From the IMG/VR virus record IMGVR_UViG_3300007735_000794, positions 1 to 64,000 of that record: DNA of 64,000 nucleotides; one strand, written 5' to 3'. The position numbers and the translations under genes are program-made. Shown here one piece after another: positions 9,330 to 18,860 of this stretch. A model generated the notes under the pieces. It worked only from the letters and a program-made list of their open reading frames with translations, did no database searches and was not told the origin of the DNA. The stretch comes from a virus. Within the stretch, counting starts at the first letter, position 1. Each line of letters opens with the position of its first letter.

Positions 9330-9613
9330 CTGACGACGATTTCGAAGAATACAGACAAAGATTTGTTGATTCTGACACGACTGGACACATTCGTTTTCAA
9401 AATTGTGATATTGTTGTGCCATGTAGATATGAGTGGGTGAGAAATGTCATGGGCGAAGCAATTCACAAAGTTGATCGTAAAGAAGTCGCGATTGTTATAG
9501 ATGCTAACGTCATCAGTATCTCCGTGGACCGCCTCGCCATACCTAGCATAAAAGTCATGAATAAATCCCAAGTGGGATACATATACTTCTATTCGCTTGT
9601 GAAAATATGTTAA
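9326..9613 (+). CDS. hypothetical protein
   Basis: ATGA overlap. Confidence 0.6.
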   Translation: MTDDDFEEYRQRFVDSDTTGHIRFQNCDIVVPCRYEWVRNVMGEAIHKVDRKEVAIVIDANVISISVDRLAIPSIKVMNKSQVGYIYFYSLVKIC

Positions 9614-9813
9614 ATGTAAATGATTGTGTCATCTTGCAGGGAAGGGCAGACAAATATCCATTTTGTGCAATCATCACAAAAATTTCATGTGACGAGATTG
9701 TATACAACATTTTCATGCCTGGAAAAATATTTGCAGTCAGATCGTCAGCAAGATCAAAGAATGAATTTGATGCACTTCTTGTTTGTAATCTGACACAAAA
9801 TAACCCAGACTGA
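9607..9813 (+). CDS. small KOW/SH3-like protein
   Basis: LNVNDCVIL..AIITKI. Confidence 0.55.
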   Translation: MLNVNDCVILQGRADKYPFCAIITKISCDEIVYNIFMPGKIFAVRSSARSKNEFDALLVCNLTQNNPD

Positions 9814-9823
9814 GGAACAATAC

Positions 9824-10036
9824 ATGTTTGACAGAATGATGGGCGCTCTCGTTGATCATATTGTTACAATTATTGTAATTGGATGCATTGTGTGCGTAGT
9901 TACATTTTTGTATGAAATAAACGAAGTTCAGAAGAAGATTGAAGAACGACAAGCTGCTTGCGCAAAGAAATGTTACCCATACGTTTGGGCAGAGACAGCT
10001 GACGATCAGCGAGTATGCCTTTGTGGAAATGACTGA
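9824..10036 (+). CDS. small membrane protein with Cys-rich C-terminus
   Basis: GAGG SD; TM helix; CAKKC..CLC. Confidence 0.65.
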   Translation: MFDRMMGALVDHIVTIIVIGCIVCVVTFLYEINEVQKKIEERQAACAKKCYPYVWAETADDQRVCLCGND

Positions 10037-10236
10037 TGGAAGTGGGTGAATTAAGAATTGCAACATCAGGACTTCTATCTAGCGATGTCGGCGACGTTTT
10101 CATAATTGTAAATATTTACAGGACGCCCAATCAAGAAGGCGGAGTAGAATCAGTCGATGTTTATATGGGTGACACTGGCGTTTCACAATTTTGGTTAAAA
10201 AGTTACATTGAACAACATTCTCATGCATTAACATGA
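10036..10236 (+). CDS. small KOW/SH3-like protein
   Basis: MEVGELRI..VGDVFII. Confidence 0.6.
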   Translation: MEVGELRIATSGLLSSDVGDVFIIVNIYRTPNQEGGVESVDVYMGDTGVSQFWLKSYIEQHSHALT

Positions 10237-10667
10237 ACGAAGGATGTCTTGTCAAGGTAATAGACAATGCAGCTTGCCGCGGTTTTGCATTGATCGTAGG
10301 TCGAACATATACAAAGAATCGAAGAACAGTCTTCCAAGATGGTAAAAGTTATACAATACATCTTTCGCTATTTACAGAGCGTTTGATGGCTAAATCATTC
10401 TTTAATAAGCTCAAACAGCGAAAAGGCGACGTTATTTGCATTACAAACAAAATATGGTGGTTTGGCGGTGGCGGGTATGACAATGAAATGTCTCGTTTTG
10501 CGCTTTTGATTGATGTTGTAGAATACGATAAGTATGAAAATGCATCACTTGCCTCAGAAGCTGAAACATGGTCAACAGGATATGAAAGTAATGTCATCGC
10601 ATATTTGCTTATTAACAACAAATTAAAACACGTCAGAATCACACAAGCAGATGTTGTATTTATATGA
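10233..10667 (+). CDS. hypothetical protein (two KOW-like segments)
   Basis: MNEGCLVKV and RKGDVICI. Confidence 0.6.
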   Translation: MNEGCLVKVIDNAACRGFALIVGRTYTKNRRTVFQDGKSYTIHLSLFTERLMAKSFFNKLKQRKGDVICITNKIWWFGGGGYDNEMSRFALLIDVVEYDKYENASLASEAETWSTGYESNVIAYLLINNKLKHVRITQADVVFI

Positions 10668-10933
10668 AAATTGGAACGCTTGTTAGAGTACTGAGCACGG
10701 CGAAATGGGTGCCGCACAATGTTTTTGCAGGTGATTATGCGATTCTTGTAAGCATTGACTGGGATAAAACAACACATCCTTACGGAATAAAAGATCGCGA
10801 CGGAAATGTAATGACTGGCCGCGGGAGATTTTTATTCTTGAATAAGTTTGAAGCTGATGACTTTGTGCATCAAAAAGCAAACATAAAGATGATGTTATAT
10901 GAATCGTTTGATGTGATTAGTGAAGCTCGGTGA
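10664..10933 (+). CDS. small KOW/SH3-like protein
   Basis: MKIGTLVRV. Confidence 0.65.
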   Translation: MKIGTLVRVLSTAKWVPHNVFAGDYAILVSIDWDKTTHPYGIKDRDGNVMTGRGRFLFLNKFEADDFVHQKANIKMMLYESFDVISEAR

Positions 10934-11156
10934 TCTCATTCGAAAGAAACATAGTCACGCTTTCGTTGATGGAAAGTGGTGCGATGTAATTGCATTTTAT
11001 TGCGGTACTATTCCGAAAGGAACAAAGCATGATGATCACGGCTTTGTATACACGACATATTTAATTGATATCTACGTCGTCTATTTAGGCAAGAAAGATA
11101 CGAGTAGATATTTCGCAATATCAGATGAATGGGAAGTTTATCAGGAGTCTAATTAA
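10920..11156 (+). CDS. small KOW/SH3-like protein
   Basis: MKLGDLIRK. Confidence 0.65.
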   Translation: MKLGDLIRKKHSHAFVDGKWCDVIAFYCGTIPKGTKHDDHGFVYTTYLIDIYVVYLGKKDTSRYFAISDEWEVYQESN

Positions 11157-11378
11157 ATGCGAGATGATCGAGACATATGTGTGGGCGATCTTTGCAGATT
11201 TAGACAAACTGGCAATATTGTACTCATTATCAATGAGTTTAAAGCTGAAAATCCTCGATGTGATGAAATAATTGATTATTTTGACATCTATTACACAGCA
11301 CAGTGCATGTTTTCTTCTTATTGGGAAAAAGAACACATTTCGCGTGCGCTCGACATCATAGTATCAGCACGTGTGTGA
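11157..11378 (+). CDS. small KOW/SH3-like protein
   Basis: AGGAG SD; ICVGDLCRF. Confidence 0.65.
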   Translation: MRDDRDICVGDLCRFRQTGNIVLIINEFKAENPRCDEIIDYFDIYYTAQCMFSSYWEKEHISRALDIIVSARV

Positions 11379-11398
11379 TTGCATGCATATATTATAAT
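11369..11398 (+). promoter_or_regulatory. early-type promoter (GTGTGT-N16-TATAAT)
   Basis: acGTGTGT 11371-11376, TATAAT 11393-11398. Confidence 0.7.
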
Positions 11399-11424
11399 GT
11401 TTTTGTCTTAAAGGAATTCGAAAA

Positions 11425-11793
11425 ATGGGTGCGAATCTTCCGAAGATCCTCCGCGTTTCTCGCAAAGGACTCATGTCCGGTGCGAAGATGATCGTTCGTG
11501 GTCTCCAGAATACTGCGTCTCGTCGCTATGACGAAGCTGTAATCGATGAGCAGGTCGTCGACATGGAAATCGAAGAAATTGAGCAGATTGTCGAGACTCG
11601 CCGCCTCGATGAGATGTACTGCGAGCGGTCGTGGCGCCGCAAGCACAAAGACAATTCGCTGGGCGAGTTTTACGAAGACGATGATTATGATGACTTCGTA
11701 GCACAGCGTGAGTGGTGTGATGAATTCGAAGAGACGATCGATTATAAGCGCGCCGACGAAGCTGAAAATGAAACGTGGATCAATTGGGTGTAG
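11425..11793 (+). CDS. hypothetical protein, basic N-terminus and very acidic C-terminus
   Basis: AAGGA SD after promoter. Confidence 0.8.
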   Translation: MGANLPKILRVSRKGLMSGAKMIVRGLQNTASRRYDEAVIDEQVVDMEIEEIEQIVETRRLDEMYCERSWRRKHKDNSLGEFYEDDDYDDFVAQREWCDEFEETIDYKRADEAENETWINWV

Positions 11794-11827
11794 AACAAAC
11801 ATCTCATCAAGTGTAGGAAATCACACA

Positions 11828-12202
11828 ATGATTACTGCAATCTGTTTCTTCATCGCATTTCTCGTTGGTGTTATTACGTGGTCTGCTTGGGAAGAGCTTA
11901 GCACCACGACGTTGCCTATCCTTGCAGCGCTGTTTTTCTTGTCTTACGTCGTCAATCTTTTGCTGTGCGGAATGACAATCGAAAATTCTGAACTGCTGAG
12001 TCGTGTGTATCTTGGCGGATGTAGTTGCGTGTTGTCAATCATTGCAATCTTTCTTGCAATCAGTGACATCATCGAAATCTTCAAGCGGCTGCTTTCAAAG
12101 CAATTCAGCTTCTCTGGAAACAGGGAAAAGCTGCTAATCTCGTCGTTCACTGTTTCAGTAACATTCGCAATCATTACTGCGTCAATCGCAATGTGGGTGT
12201 GA
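11828..12202 (+). CDS. multi-pass membrane protein
   Basis: AGGA SD; about 4 hydrophobic helices. Confidence 0.75.
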   Translation: MITAICFFIAFLVGVITWSAWEELSTTTLPILAALFFLSYVVNLLLCGMTIENSELLSRVYLGGCSCVLSIIAIFLAISDIIEIFKRLLSKQFSFSGNREKLLISSFTVSVTFAIITASIAMWV

Positions 12203-12203
12203 C

Positions 12204-12437
12204 ATGAATGTCTGGGTGCTGTGTGAATGTCGTAAATGCTACATCGACTTCAAGGTGGAAATTCCGCCTGATGTCGAAAATTCTCTTGTCGGTGAACAAA
12301 TTAATCTCCACAGCGGATTTTCTGAATCGTATGGGATGACGACGTGTCCGAATGGTCATGCATCGCCCGCAGAATACTCGATTCATAGCGGGGGAACTGA
12401 GGACGATGTTTTTCCCGCGGGTCAGTGGAAAGCATAA
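12204..12437 (+). CDS. small Cys/His (zinc-ribbon-like) protein
   Basis: CRKC...CPNGH. Confidence 0.65.
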   Translation: MNVWVLCECRKCYIDFKVEIPPDVENSLVGEQINLHSGFSESYGMTTCPNGHASPAEYSIHSGGTEDDVFPAGQWKA

Positions 12438-12934
12438 CTTCACAAATGATCAAGAATAATACTAATCCCACGCTTAGCATGCTGATTCAAGAACATGCAG
12501 GCGTAGACGATTTCATGGCACATCTCGTCATTCAGGTGTGCTTGTCTTTTGCAACAGTGCTTATTTATGCTTCAACGCGCCGTCTTCCTGACGATATCGG
12601 GTTGATTATTACTGCAGCTTTTCATGTGATTATTACGCTATTTTTTGTTTTTGTCTTTGTCCACCATCTCATCGTGAAATGTAATGACACACGAATGAAG
12701 CTTGCAAGAATAGGTGCACTGAAAATTCAGCCGAATTCTGACTTGCTAATCTCAGTCGATAATTTTGTTTATACAGCAAGAGTTGAAGATGTGATGTATC
12801 TAAATGGATCGATTTATATTCACGTATCAAACATGATGCATGACTTTCTCCCGACTTCTTGGAGAAACGGTTTTTTGCGTTATGATGATGTCGATAATAT
12901 TGTGCAGGTTGTAAATGATTTTCAAACAAAGTGA
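12425..12934 (+). CDS. membrane protein
   Basis: Two TM helices; start uncertain. Confidence 0.65.
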   Translation: MESITSQMIKNNTNPTLSMLIQEHAGVDDFMAHLVIQVCLSFATVLIYASTRRLPDDIGLIITAAFHVIITLFFVFVFVHHLIVKCNDTRMKLARIGALKIQPNSDLLISVDNFVYTARVEDVMYLNGSIYIHVSNMMHDFLPTSWRNGFLRYDDVDNIVQVVNDFQTK

Positions 12935-13124
12935 TTTGATTCTTCGTAGAATCGATTTGAAATCACAAAATGTATACATTGACATCGTGTTAAGCGTGCG
13001 GAATGAATATGAATTGCTGGAAGTTGCTTATATAAAAAATGATAATTGGATTGTCGATATGCATGATGTCGACTACATTACTGCGCGCGTTGTTGAAATT
13101 GTTCACCCAGATGAGGATGACTAA
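12915..13124 (+). CDS. small protein, paralog of 15266 and 15472
   Basis: DLILRR..DIV..Y....VVEIVH pattern. Confidence 0.7.
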   Translation: MIFKQSDLILRRIDLKSQNVYIDIVLSVRNEYELLEVAYIKNDNWIVDMHDVDYITARVVEIVHPDEDD

Positions 13125-13296
13125 CGTGGAAGTGGGGGAGCTATATGAGCTTGGTCTCGGTGGAATTTACTATTTGATTATCGCAATGAACGAAGAAACT
13201 GCGGAGGCGATGAGGTATGACACACAAGGACACGTTGATCATGTCATCGATCGTAATGCTATATTTACAATACTTTGTAAAATACACGTCAAATAA
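13117..13296 (+). CDS. small KOW/SH3-like protein
   Basis: VEVGELYEL. Confidence 0.55.
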   Translation: MTNVEVGELYELGLGGIYYLIIAMNEETAEAMRYDTQGHVDHVIDRNAIFTILCKIHVK

Positions 13297-13305
13297 GATG
13301 CCGCA

Positions 13306-13572
13306 ATGAAGAAAGATCAAATCGTTCAAGTAGCACAGATTTCATACGGCGGCGCTGAAATGTTTAAACCGGGCACATTGCTCCATCTACGATGGGTATC
13401 TGGTAATGGGAGTAGATTTGCAATTTACATTGAACATGTGCTACTCGATGGTTTCACGTATGTAAAGATGTATGAATGTGAAAACAGACATAACAAAATT
13501 AACTTCATCATTTCCACATATTCAGAATCATATGTGATCAGACAAACCATTGAATATTTTGAAGCGACATGA
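13306..13572 (+). CDS. small KOW/SH3-like protein
   Basis: FKPGTLLHL. Confidence 0.55.
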   Translation: MKKDQIVQVAQISYGGAEMFKPGTLLHLRWVSGNGSRFAIYIEHVLLDGFTYVKMYECENRHNKINFIISTYSESYVIRQTIEYFEAT

Positions 13573-13763
13573 ATTCAGCATATGAACCCGCGGTTGATGA
13601 TGTGATTCTCTTGCGATACTCATCGGGTATTGTTCGCATTGCGAAAATTATTCGCATAGAATCAAGAGTCAATACACTCGAATATAACAAAGCATTAGAA
13701 CAATGGTGTCAGTGTGTGTGGAGTCATAACTACATCAAAAATGGCTTTGTTGAAAAGCTTTGA
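13569..13763 (+). CDS. small KOW/SH3-like protein
   Basis: PAVDDVILL..IAKIIRI. Confidence 0.55.
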   Translation: MNSAYEPAVDDVILLRYSSGIVRIAKIIRIESRVNTLEYNKALEQWCQCVWSHNYIKNGFVEKL

Positions 13764-13790
13764 ACAAACGTAGATTGCTTATCATTTACT

Positions 13791-13820
13791 GCGTGCGCAA
13801 ATTAATTCGCGTTGTATAAT
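13791..13820 (+). promoter_or_regulatory. early-type promoter (GTGCGC-N16-TATAAT)
   Basis: gcGTGCGC 13793-13798, TATAAT 13815-13820. Confidence 0.75.
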
Positions 13821-13847
13821 CGTATTACAGAAAAGGTATTTCGAACA

Positions 13848-14054
13848 ATGACTGTCAAAGACCTCATCGAAAAGCTGAAGACGTTTCCGCCCGACTATGA
13901 AGTCATCACGCTTGATGCTGATGGGCGTGAAGAGTCGGGTGTTGTGAATGCAGTCTTAGGCAAGATTCTTGAAATCGAAGTGGGTGAAGACTCCTTCGTT
14001 CAGGATGAGCCGAGTGATGAAGAAATGGGCTGCGTCGCAATCTACACTTTCTAG
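13848..14054 (+). CDS. small phage protein (MTVKDLIEKL..PPDYEV)
   Basis: AAGG SD; paralogous pattern with 1816. Confidence 0.75.
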   Translation: MTVKDLIEKLKTFPPDYEVITLDADGREESGVVNAVLGKILEIEVGEDSFVQDEPSDEEMGCVAIYTF

Positions 14055-14070
14055 TCGCAGAGAGATCGCA

Positions 14071-14301
14071 ATGAAACAGCTCATCAATCAAATCGCAGCA
14101 CAGATTGTCAAGTGGGCAGTCATGCGCATCAGCAATCATCCGAGGCAGCATGTCTTGCGTATCTGTAAAGATCATCACTTTGCATTGATTCGCGGTGAAA
14201 CTGTATATGTTGTCGGGAAAACAGACGACAGTCTTCTTGTCAGGTGCTGGTTTCCCAAGCTTCAAGTAGAAATCAATCTCAATCCCGCAAGCTTTGAGTG
14301 A
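14071..14301 (+). CDS. hypothetical protein
   Basis: ATG 14071 in 13969..14301 frame. Confidence 0.6.
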   Translation: MKQLINQIAAQIVKWAVMRISNHPRQHVLRICKDHHFALIRGETVYVVGKTDDSLLVRCWFPKLQVEINLNPASFE

Positions 14302-14310
14302 GGCATCAAT

Positions 14311-14583
14311 ATGAAGTTCAATGCATTCGCAATCTTCTCGCAAAGCAAAGGCTTCTATCACGCTGGGTCAATGTCAGACTACGACGGCGACTATCGAGTC
14401 CACGAATGGTCTGTCAAAGATGATGTTGACGGCATCATCGACTATTACGCCACGTCTGACGCAGCAAATGATGCGCTGAATGTGATGAAGCAAGAATACA
14501 AAAACACCTGCACATCTTGTCCTGAAGACGCATGTGTCGTCGCAATCGAAATCATGATTAAGCGCACAACTGCGGGGATGTAG
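14311..14583 (+). CDS. hypothetical protein
   Basis: GAGG SD. Confidence 0.7.
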   Translation: MKFNAFAIFSQSKGFYHAGSMSDYDGDYRVHEWSVKDDVDGIIDYYATSDAANDALNVMKQEYKNTCTSCPEDACVVAIEIMIKRTTAGM

Positions 14584-14589
14584 ACAAAA

Positions 14590-14775
14590 ATGAACAACAA
14601 CGACATGTACAGCTTCTACTTCCAAGACACGTTCGTGCGCGTCGAATGGTGGGATCATCCTGAAAATCATGCAGGCCCGTGGCGGTCTGCATATGATGCG
14701 TTGAATGCATTCTACAGAACTGGTATGGGGTCAGAACCCGCAGATGCATGCTACGTTCTGTTGACTGAATCGTAA
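14590..14775 (+). CDS. hypothetical protein
   Basis: Tiling. Confidence 0.6.
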   Translation: MNNNDMYSFYFQDTFVRVEWWDHPENHAGPWRSAYDALNAFYRTGMGSEPADACYVLLTES

Positions 14776-14804
14776 GCTGTTGCAATTCGTGCAAGATTGA
14801 TTGT

Positions 14805-15059
14805 ATGAAACAAGCGCTGAACAAACACAACGTCAGCGTTGGTGAGCTTGTTTGTTTGTGTGAAATGCATGGCAAAGAAAAATTTCGCTATTTTATTTTG
14901 ATTTTGGCAACGACAAATGATTCTGTTGAAGCTTTTGACTTTGAACTACAAGCGCCATGCTGGCTCTATTACGAAACAATCAACGAGTTCTTTGACTACA
15001 AGATAAGCAAATGTCGACAAAGGCAAACGGAGAAAACAAAAAATGAACACAAAATTTGA
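14805..15059 (+). CDS. small KOW/SH3-like protein
   Basis: VSVGELVCL..YFILIL. Confidence 0.6.
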   Translation: MKQALNKHNVSVGELVCLCEMHGKEKFRYFILILATTNDSVEAFDFELQAPCWLYYETINEFFDYKISKCRQRQTEKTKNEHKI

Positions 15060-15264
15060 CAATGTAAAGATCGACCAACTCACGGAAAGTGAGCGAATTG
15101 AGCTTTTGTGCAAGATCGAAGAACTTGTTGCTGATATGCCTTCGCTTACAGTTGACGCGCCCGGGCATATATTCGACGAGTATGCATGCTGTGGGGGTGC
15201 TACGAATCACGGACATGACAAAAATTGTTCTATCGGTCAATTGCGAAAGATCTTTGGCTACTAA
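15043..15264 (+). CDS. small Cys/His protein
   Basis: GGAG SD; CCG...GHDKNC. Confidence 0.65.
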   Translation: MNTKFDNVKIDQLTESERIELLCKIEELVADMPSLTVDAPGHIFDEYACCGGATNHGHDKNCSIGQLRKIFGY

Positions 15265-15265
15265 A

Positions 15266-15475
15266 GTGAAGTTCCAAATCGGCGACCTCCTGATACGAAG
15301 GCAACGCCCGGACGGTCCATTAATGAAAGATATTGTCGTAGAAATCGACAATGTTTATCGTGATGTTCGATTGTTGCATAACCGTCACAGCTACACTTGC
15401 GTTGAAGATTATAGTCACGAGTACCTTGTAGAAACTGTCATTGAAATCATTCACATAGACGAGTTTCATAAATGA
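15266..15475 (+). CDS. small KOW-like protein, paralog of 12915/15472
   Basis: FQIGDLLIRR..DIV..EYLVETVIEIIH. Confidence 0.7.
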   Translation: MKFQIGDLLIRRQRPDGPLMKDIVVEIDNVYRDVRLLHNRHSYTCVEDYSHEYLVETVIEIIHIDEFHK

Positions 15476-15711
15476 AATTGAAATCAGTATCTATCAACAG
15501 ATATGACTTGCTGATTCGACGCCCTTCATATTCAAAGAACACGCTCTTTGACGTCGTCATGACAATTCACGAACATGACATTATAACTGTAATGTCCATG
15601 CAGAACGGCAGTTCGTGGTACAATTCGTATACAGTGGAATATATTGTTTCGACAATTGTTGAAATCGTTCACGCAGATTCTTCAATGTGTAAAGCGCAAA
15701 GGGAGGAATGA
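15472..15711 (+). CDS. small KOW-like protein, paralog of 12915/15266
   Basis: YDLLIRR..DVV..EYIVSTIVEIVH. Confidence 0.7.
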   Translation: MKLKSVSINRYDLLIRRPSYSKNTLFDVVMTIHEHDIITVMSMQNGSSWYNSYTVEYIVSTIVEIVHADSSMCKAQREE

Positions 15712-15947
15712 TGTCGCAGTTCAATAACATCGAGCATGTCAATGCACTTCGTGAAAGTGCGAGAAGTGCTGCTGAAGCTCGGAAAGCAGCATGGTCGCAG
15801 ATGGAATCAACTCATGGCGATGACAATGTCGCTTTTGCCGTAGCATACAAGAAGTATTGTGAAGCACGAGAAAAGTGTGAGCAAATCGCTGAGAAATGGC
15901 ACAATGCAATGATTGAGCACAGCGAATCGCGTCTTCGCAATATCTGA
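15708..15947 (+). CDS. small helical protein
   Basis: GGAGG SD. Confidence 0.7.
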   Translation: MMSQFNNIEHVNALRESARSAAEARKAAWSQMESTHGDDNVAFAVAYKKYCEAREKCEQIAEKWHNAMIEHSESRLRNI

Positions 15948-15994
15948 GCAGAACAATCGAATGATCACAATTCACAGTGCTGAATGACAGCGTA

Positions 15995-16023
15995 ACGTGC
16001 GCGAACTTCGCGCTGTGTATAAT
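15995..16023 (+). promoter_or_regulatory. early-type promoter (GTGCGC-N15-TATAAT)
   Basis: acGTGCGC 15997-16002, TATAAT 16018-16023. Confidence 0.65.
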
Positions 16024-16079
16024 AAAGATGCGTGGAAAATCACGCAACACCAAAGCCTCAACGTGGCGGACAAGTCTCA

Positions 16080-16256
16080 ATGATCGTCGTCACTTACCGA
16101 AATCGGAAAGAACGTGTAAAGACGATTCGTCGTTGCGACAACATGTCTTCACAAACATGGCTTTGGTGTCATCTCGAACTCGAGAGTGGTGAAGAAGTCG
16201 TGGGCTTTTTCAACGTTGATGAAATCGTGCAGCACAACAATGAAATCAATCGCTGA
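16080..16256 (+). CDS. hypothetical protein
   Basis: After promoter; start uncertain. Confidence 0.55.
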   Translation: MIVVTYRNRKERVKTIRRCDNMSSQTWLWCHLELESGEEVVGFFNVDEIVQHNNEINR

Positions 16257-16263
16257 GGTTCAT

Positions 16264-16884
16264 ATGTCCACGATCTCCGGAACGACTCATGACATCATCT
16301 ACACCTGCTACTCACAGGATGAAGTGGTGATTCGTCAGCAGCTGAAGCATCTGCTGGTCATTCGAGCAGCGAAGCATCATCACTTGCAGCTCTTCAAACT
16401 CCCAGGGACCAAAGAAGAAATCACCGCCCTGGGATTCAGCAGTTACAATCAACCCGATACCTGGGTCATGGTGGCCGACAAGGGTCTACGCAGCTACACG
16501 ACCTCCGTCGATCACATCTGCCACGCAGCCGCTGACTGGATGGCAGGTTGGCTCTTCTGCGAGTCGATGCACATCACGCAGGCAAAGGAACTTCGGCAGA
16601 AAGAAATGACTGCAAAACTTGCGGCAGCAACCGCAAAAGCATCGAAGATCGTTCGTGCAAAGTTGCTAGACAAGACACCCTACATGCTGATTCAGCGTGT
16701 TCATCAAACGAGCCCAACCACCACCCACGTCTCCACCTTCGTCACCAACGACACATATTACATCGAAGAACACGCAGTGAAGACGTACGGCTACAAGCTT
16801 CTAGCTTGCGCGAAGACCGAAGAGCAGCTCAACGAGCTTCTCGAATTCACTCGTGAGCCACAACAAATCATCGCTGTCACCTAG
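16264..16884 (+). CDS. hypothetical protein (C-ending codon bias)
   Basis: GAGG SD; about 206 aa. Confidence 0.8.
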   Translation: MSTISGTTHDIIYTCYSQDEVVIRQQLKHLLVIRAAKHHHLQLFKLPGTKEEITALGFSSYNQPDTWVMVADKGLRSYTTSVDHICHAAADWMAGWLFCESMHITQAKELRQKEMTAKLAAATAKASKIVRAKLLDKTPYMLIQRVHQTSPTTTHVSTFVTNDTYYIEEHAVKTYGYKLLACAKTEEQLNELLEFTREPQQIIAVT

Positions 16885-17171
16885 GGAATATTACGCTAAT
16901 GAATGGTCTGAGCATTCTCTTCTAATGAATCTTGTCGAAATTGTCAAACTCAATGCATGAAACGTTCAATGTGATGCTCAATGTGATGTATGACTCGCAG
17001 CTTGTGGAAGACTTTACAAACGAAATGACAATGAAATGTCAAAAGTGTTCATATGATGACATGTGACAGACTGTTTCTGCGGCTCATGCAGAGGACGCAG
17101 GTAAAATCTGGTGGGGCGGGGGACCCCGAAGTCGTCCGACGCGTCAACTTTCAACTGCCTCGACTTGTCAA

Positions 17172-17414
17172 ATGACCAATTCCGAATTACACAATGTCAA
17201 AGCGACAGACGTCATTGTTCTTACGGGTTCACATGCACGCAGATATTTCTATCTTGTATTAAATGTAACTTCAGATAACAAAACTATCACTGTCATGTCG
17301 TCAGTCAATGAGTATGCAGAACAGCAAGTCGGCCCGATCGACGCATTTCTTTCCACAACGTGTCACATAGAAATCCTTCAGACACATGACGAGTCACATC
17401 ACAATGACGAATGA
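17172..17414 (+). CDS. small KOW/SH3-like protein
   Basis: VKATDVIVL..YLVLNV. Confidence 0.55.
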   Translation: MTNSELHNVKATDVIVLTGSHARRYFYLVLNVTSDNKTITVMSSVNEYAEQQVGPIDAFLSTTCHIEILQTHDESHHNDE

Positions 17415-17655
17415 TACATCATTGAATAATTTGAATATACACAATATTCAACAAGGCGATCTTATTCAGATCGACGCTGCATTCGATTTCAGGCCCATTA
17501 TGCTCGTCACAGGAATCTGCACTGTGGCAATCAGACGCGTCGATCACATTGCAGTCGATTTTCAATTCGTATGGGACGGTGTGCAGCATGAAGACACATG
17601 GCAAATGAAGACAATCAATGAACGATGGGACGGATTCGTGTCAAGGCCACAATGA
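17386..17655 (+). CDS. small KOW/SH3-like protein
   Basis: IQQGDLIQI; start uncertain. Confidence 0.6.
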   Translation: MTSHITMTNDTSLNNLNIHNIQQGDLIQIDAAFDFRPIMLVTGICTVAIRRVDHIAVDFQFVWDGVQHEDTWQMKTINERWDGFVSRPQ

Positions 17656-17740
17656 CGTCTGCGCAACCGACAATCGATACAAACGTCTGAGCTCTGCGAG
17701 CGCAATCGCATTCACATGTTACCATTCAAATGGGCGAATA

Positions 17741-18001
17741 ATGAACGATCAATTTGAGCCGGGCGACTTGTTGATTATGCGTTATGATGATACACCCACG
17801 AGCAGCATACAGTATCCCGGTGTGATCTTGAGTACAGGCGAGCAGTGTGGTCTCCGTAGCTCTAGATGGGTAACTTTTTTCTATCATCTGCCCGACGGAG
17901 TCGTGAGTGCGTGTGACAGCAAAAAAATTGTCACACATACCCAGACTTGGGTCTACGAGTACATGATTTCGCATCATAAAGCAGCATTTGACTCGCAGTA
18001 G
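17741..18001 (+). CDS. small KOW/SH3-like protein
   Basis: FEPGDLLIM..GVIL. Confidence 0.6.
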   Translation: MNDQFEPGDLLIMRYDDTPTSSIQYPGVILSTGEQCGLRSSRWVTFFYHLPDGVVSACDSKKIVTHTQTWVYEYMISHHKAAFDSQ

Positions 18002-18241
18002 CGCAAAAAGTATATGATCTCAGCTCAAAGCTCACTTTCATCACATTTTTGAACATTTTTTAAACAGAAGTGAGCTTTGTGGGCAGAAGATAAAAAATAT
18101 TTGACTCCCAGCAGCGCGCAGAGTTAATCATTTTTGATGAAGTTAACTTTCGTCACACTTTTTGAACTTTTTGAAACGGTTTTGAGGTTTGATGTGAAAG
18201 CGTTAAAAATGATTGACTCAGAGCAGCGCGCAAAGTATATA
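17986..18241 (+). repeat. degenerate ~113-bp tandem repeat, each unit with TTGACT-N17-TATAT-like promoter
   Basis: TTGACTC..AG.AGCGC..A.AG at 17988, 18101, 18213; ACTTTC.TCACA.TTTTTGAAC repeated. Confidence 0.75.
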
Positions 18242-18433
18242 AGTCCTCACACAATTGAACCTGGGCAGCTGTGGAAGATGATATATGATGTAGAGATTTA
18301 CTATCACATTCTCACAGTTGACGAACGAATTGTTACAATTGTCAGATGGTGCTCGCAGAGAATGACTGTCGAGTGGCGCTATCGTTATGACGTTGATCAA
18401 ATGCGCGGGACGCTCATTTCAGGGAACACATAA
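18209..18433 (+). CDS. small 'GQLW' KOW-like protein
   Basis: IEPGQLWK..YYHILTV; start uncertain. Confidence 0.55.
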   Translation: MIDSEQRAKYISPHTIEPGQLWKMIYDVEIYYHILTVDERIVTIVRWCSQRMTVEWRYRYDVDQMRGTLISGNT

Positions 18434-18651
18434 TGACAAGCACAAAGATGAAAATTGAGAAGGGTCAACTGTGGCGCATCAACGCACAAACAAAAAGCGG
18501 GACAATTCTCTATCTGATTTTAGACATCGTTAACAGTAATACAGTCACAATTGCGCGATACGGATCGTATTCAATGGGACCGGGCGCATTTTGTATTGTG
18601 ACACGAAGTGTTTATGAAATTCGTGATCTTGCGACAGAGATAATCGTATGA
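18433..18651 (+). CDS. small 'GQLW' KOW-like protein
   Basis: IEKGQLWRI..LYLILDI. Confidence 0.65.
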   Translation: MTSTKMKIEKGQLWRINAQTKSGTILYLILDIVNSNTVTIARYGSYSMGPGAFCIVTRSVYEIRDLATEIIV

Positions 18652-18860
18652 ATTCGCAACGACGCTATCAGCAGAATCAGATGTGGCGCATTCGGTCACC
18701 GCACATCTATTACGTCATTGCACAAATCAAACACGACAGCGCAGTCATTCTACGTTTTGATTGTCAACCGTATCGCAGTAGGAAGGGTGACGGTGCTGCA
18801 GTCACGCAACACGAGCAGTTCTACAGCGTTCTTGATTCTATTTGCACAGAAGAACTATGA
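18648..18860 (+). CDS. small 'GQLW'-type protein
   Basis: QQNQMWRI..YYVIAQI. Confidence 0.6.
   Translation: MNSQRRYQQNQMWRIRSPHIYYVIAQIKHDSAVILRFDCQPYRSRKGDGAAVTQHEQFYSVLDSICTEEL

Noticed and set aside
1128-15351. Minus-strand ORFs across the early zone (e.g. 5029..5778, 5756..6316, 13906..14361)
   Set aside because: Antisense shadows of well-supported, contiguous + strand genes
16885-17171. Intergenic gap with short AATG(T/A) repeats and a G/C hairpin
   Set aside because: Repeats too short and irregular to support any call
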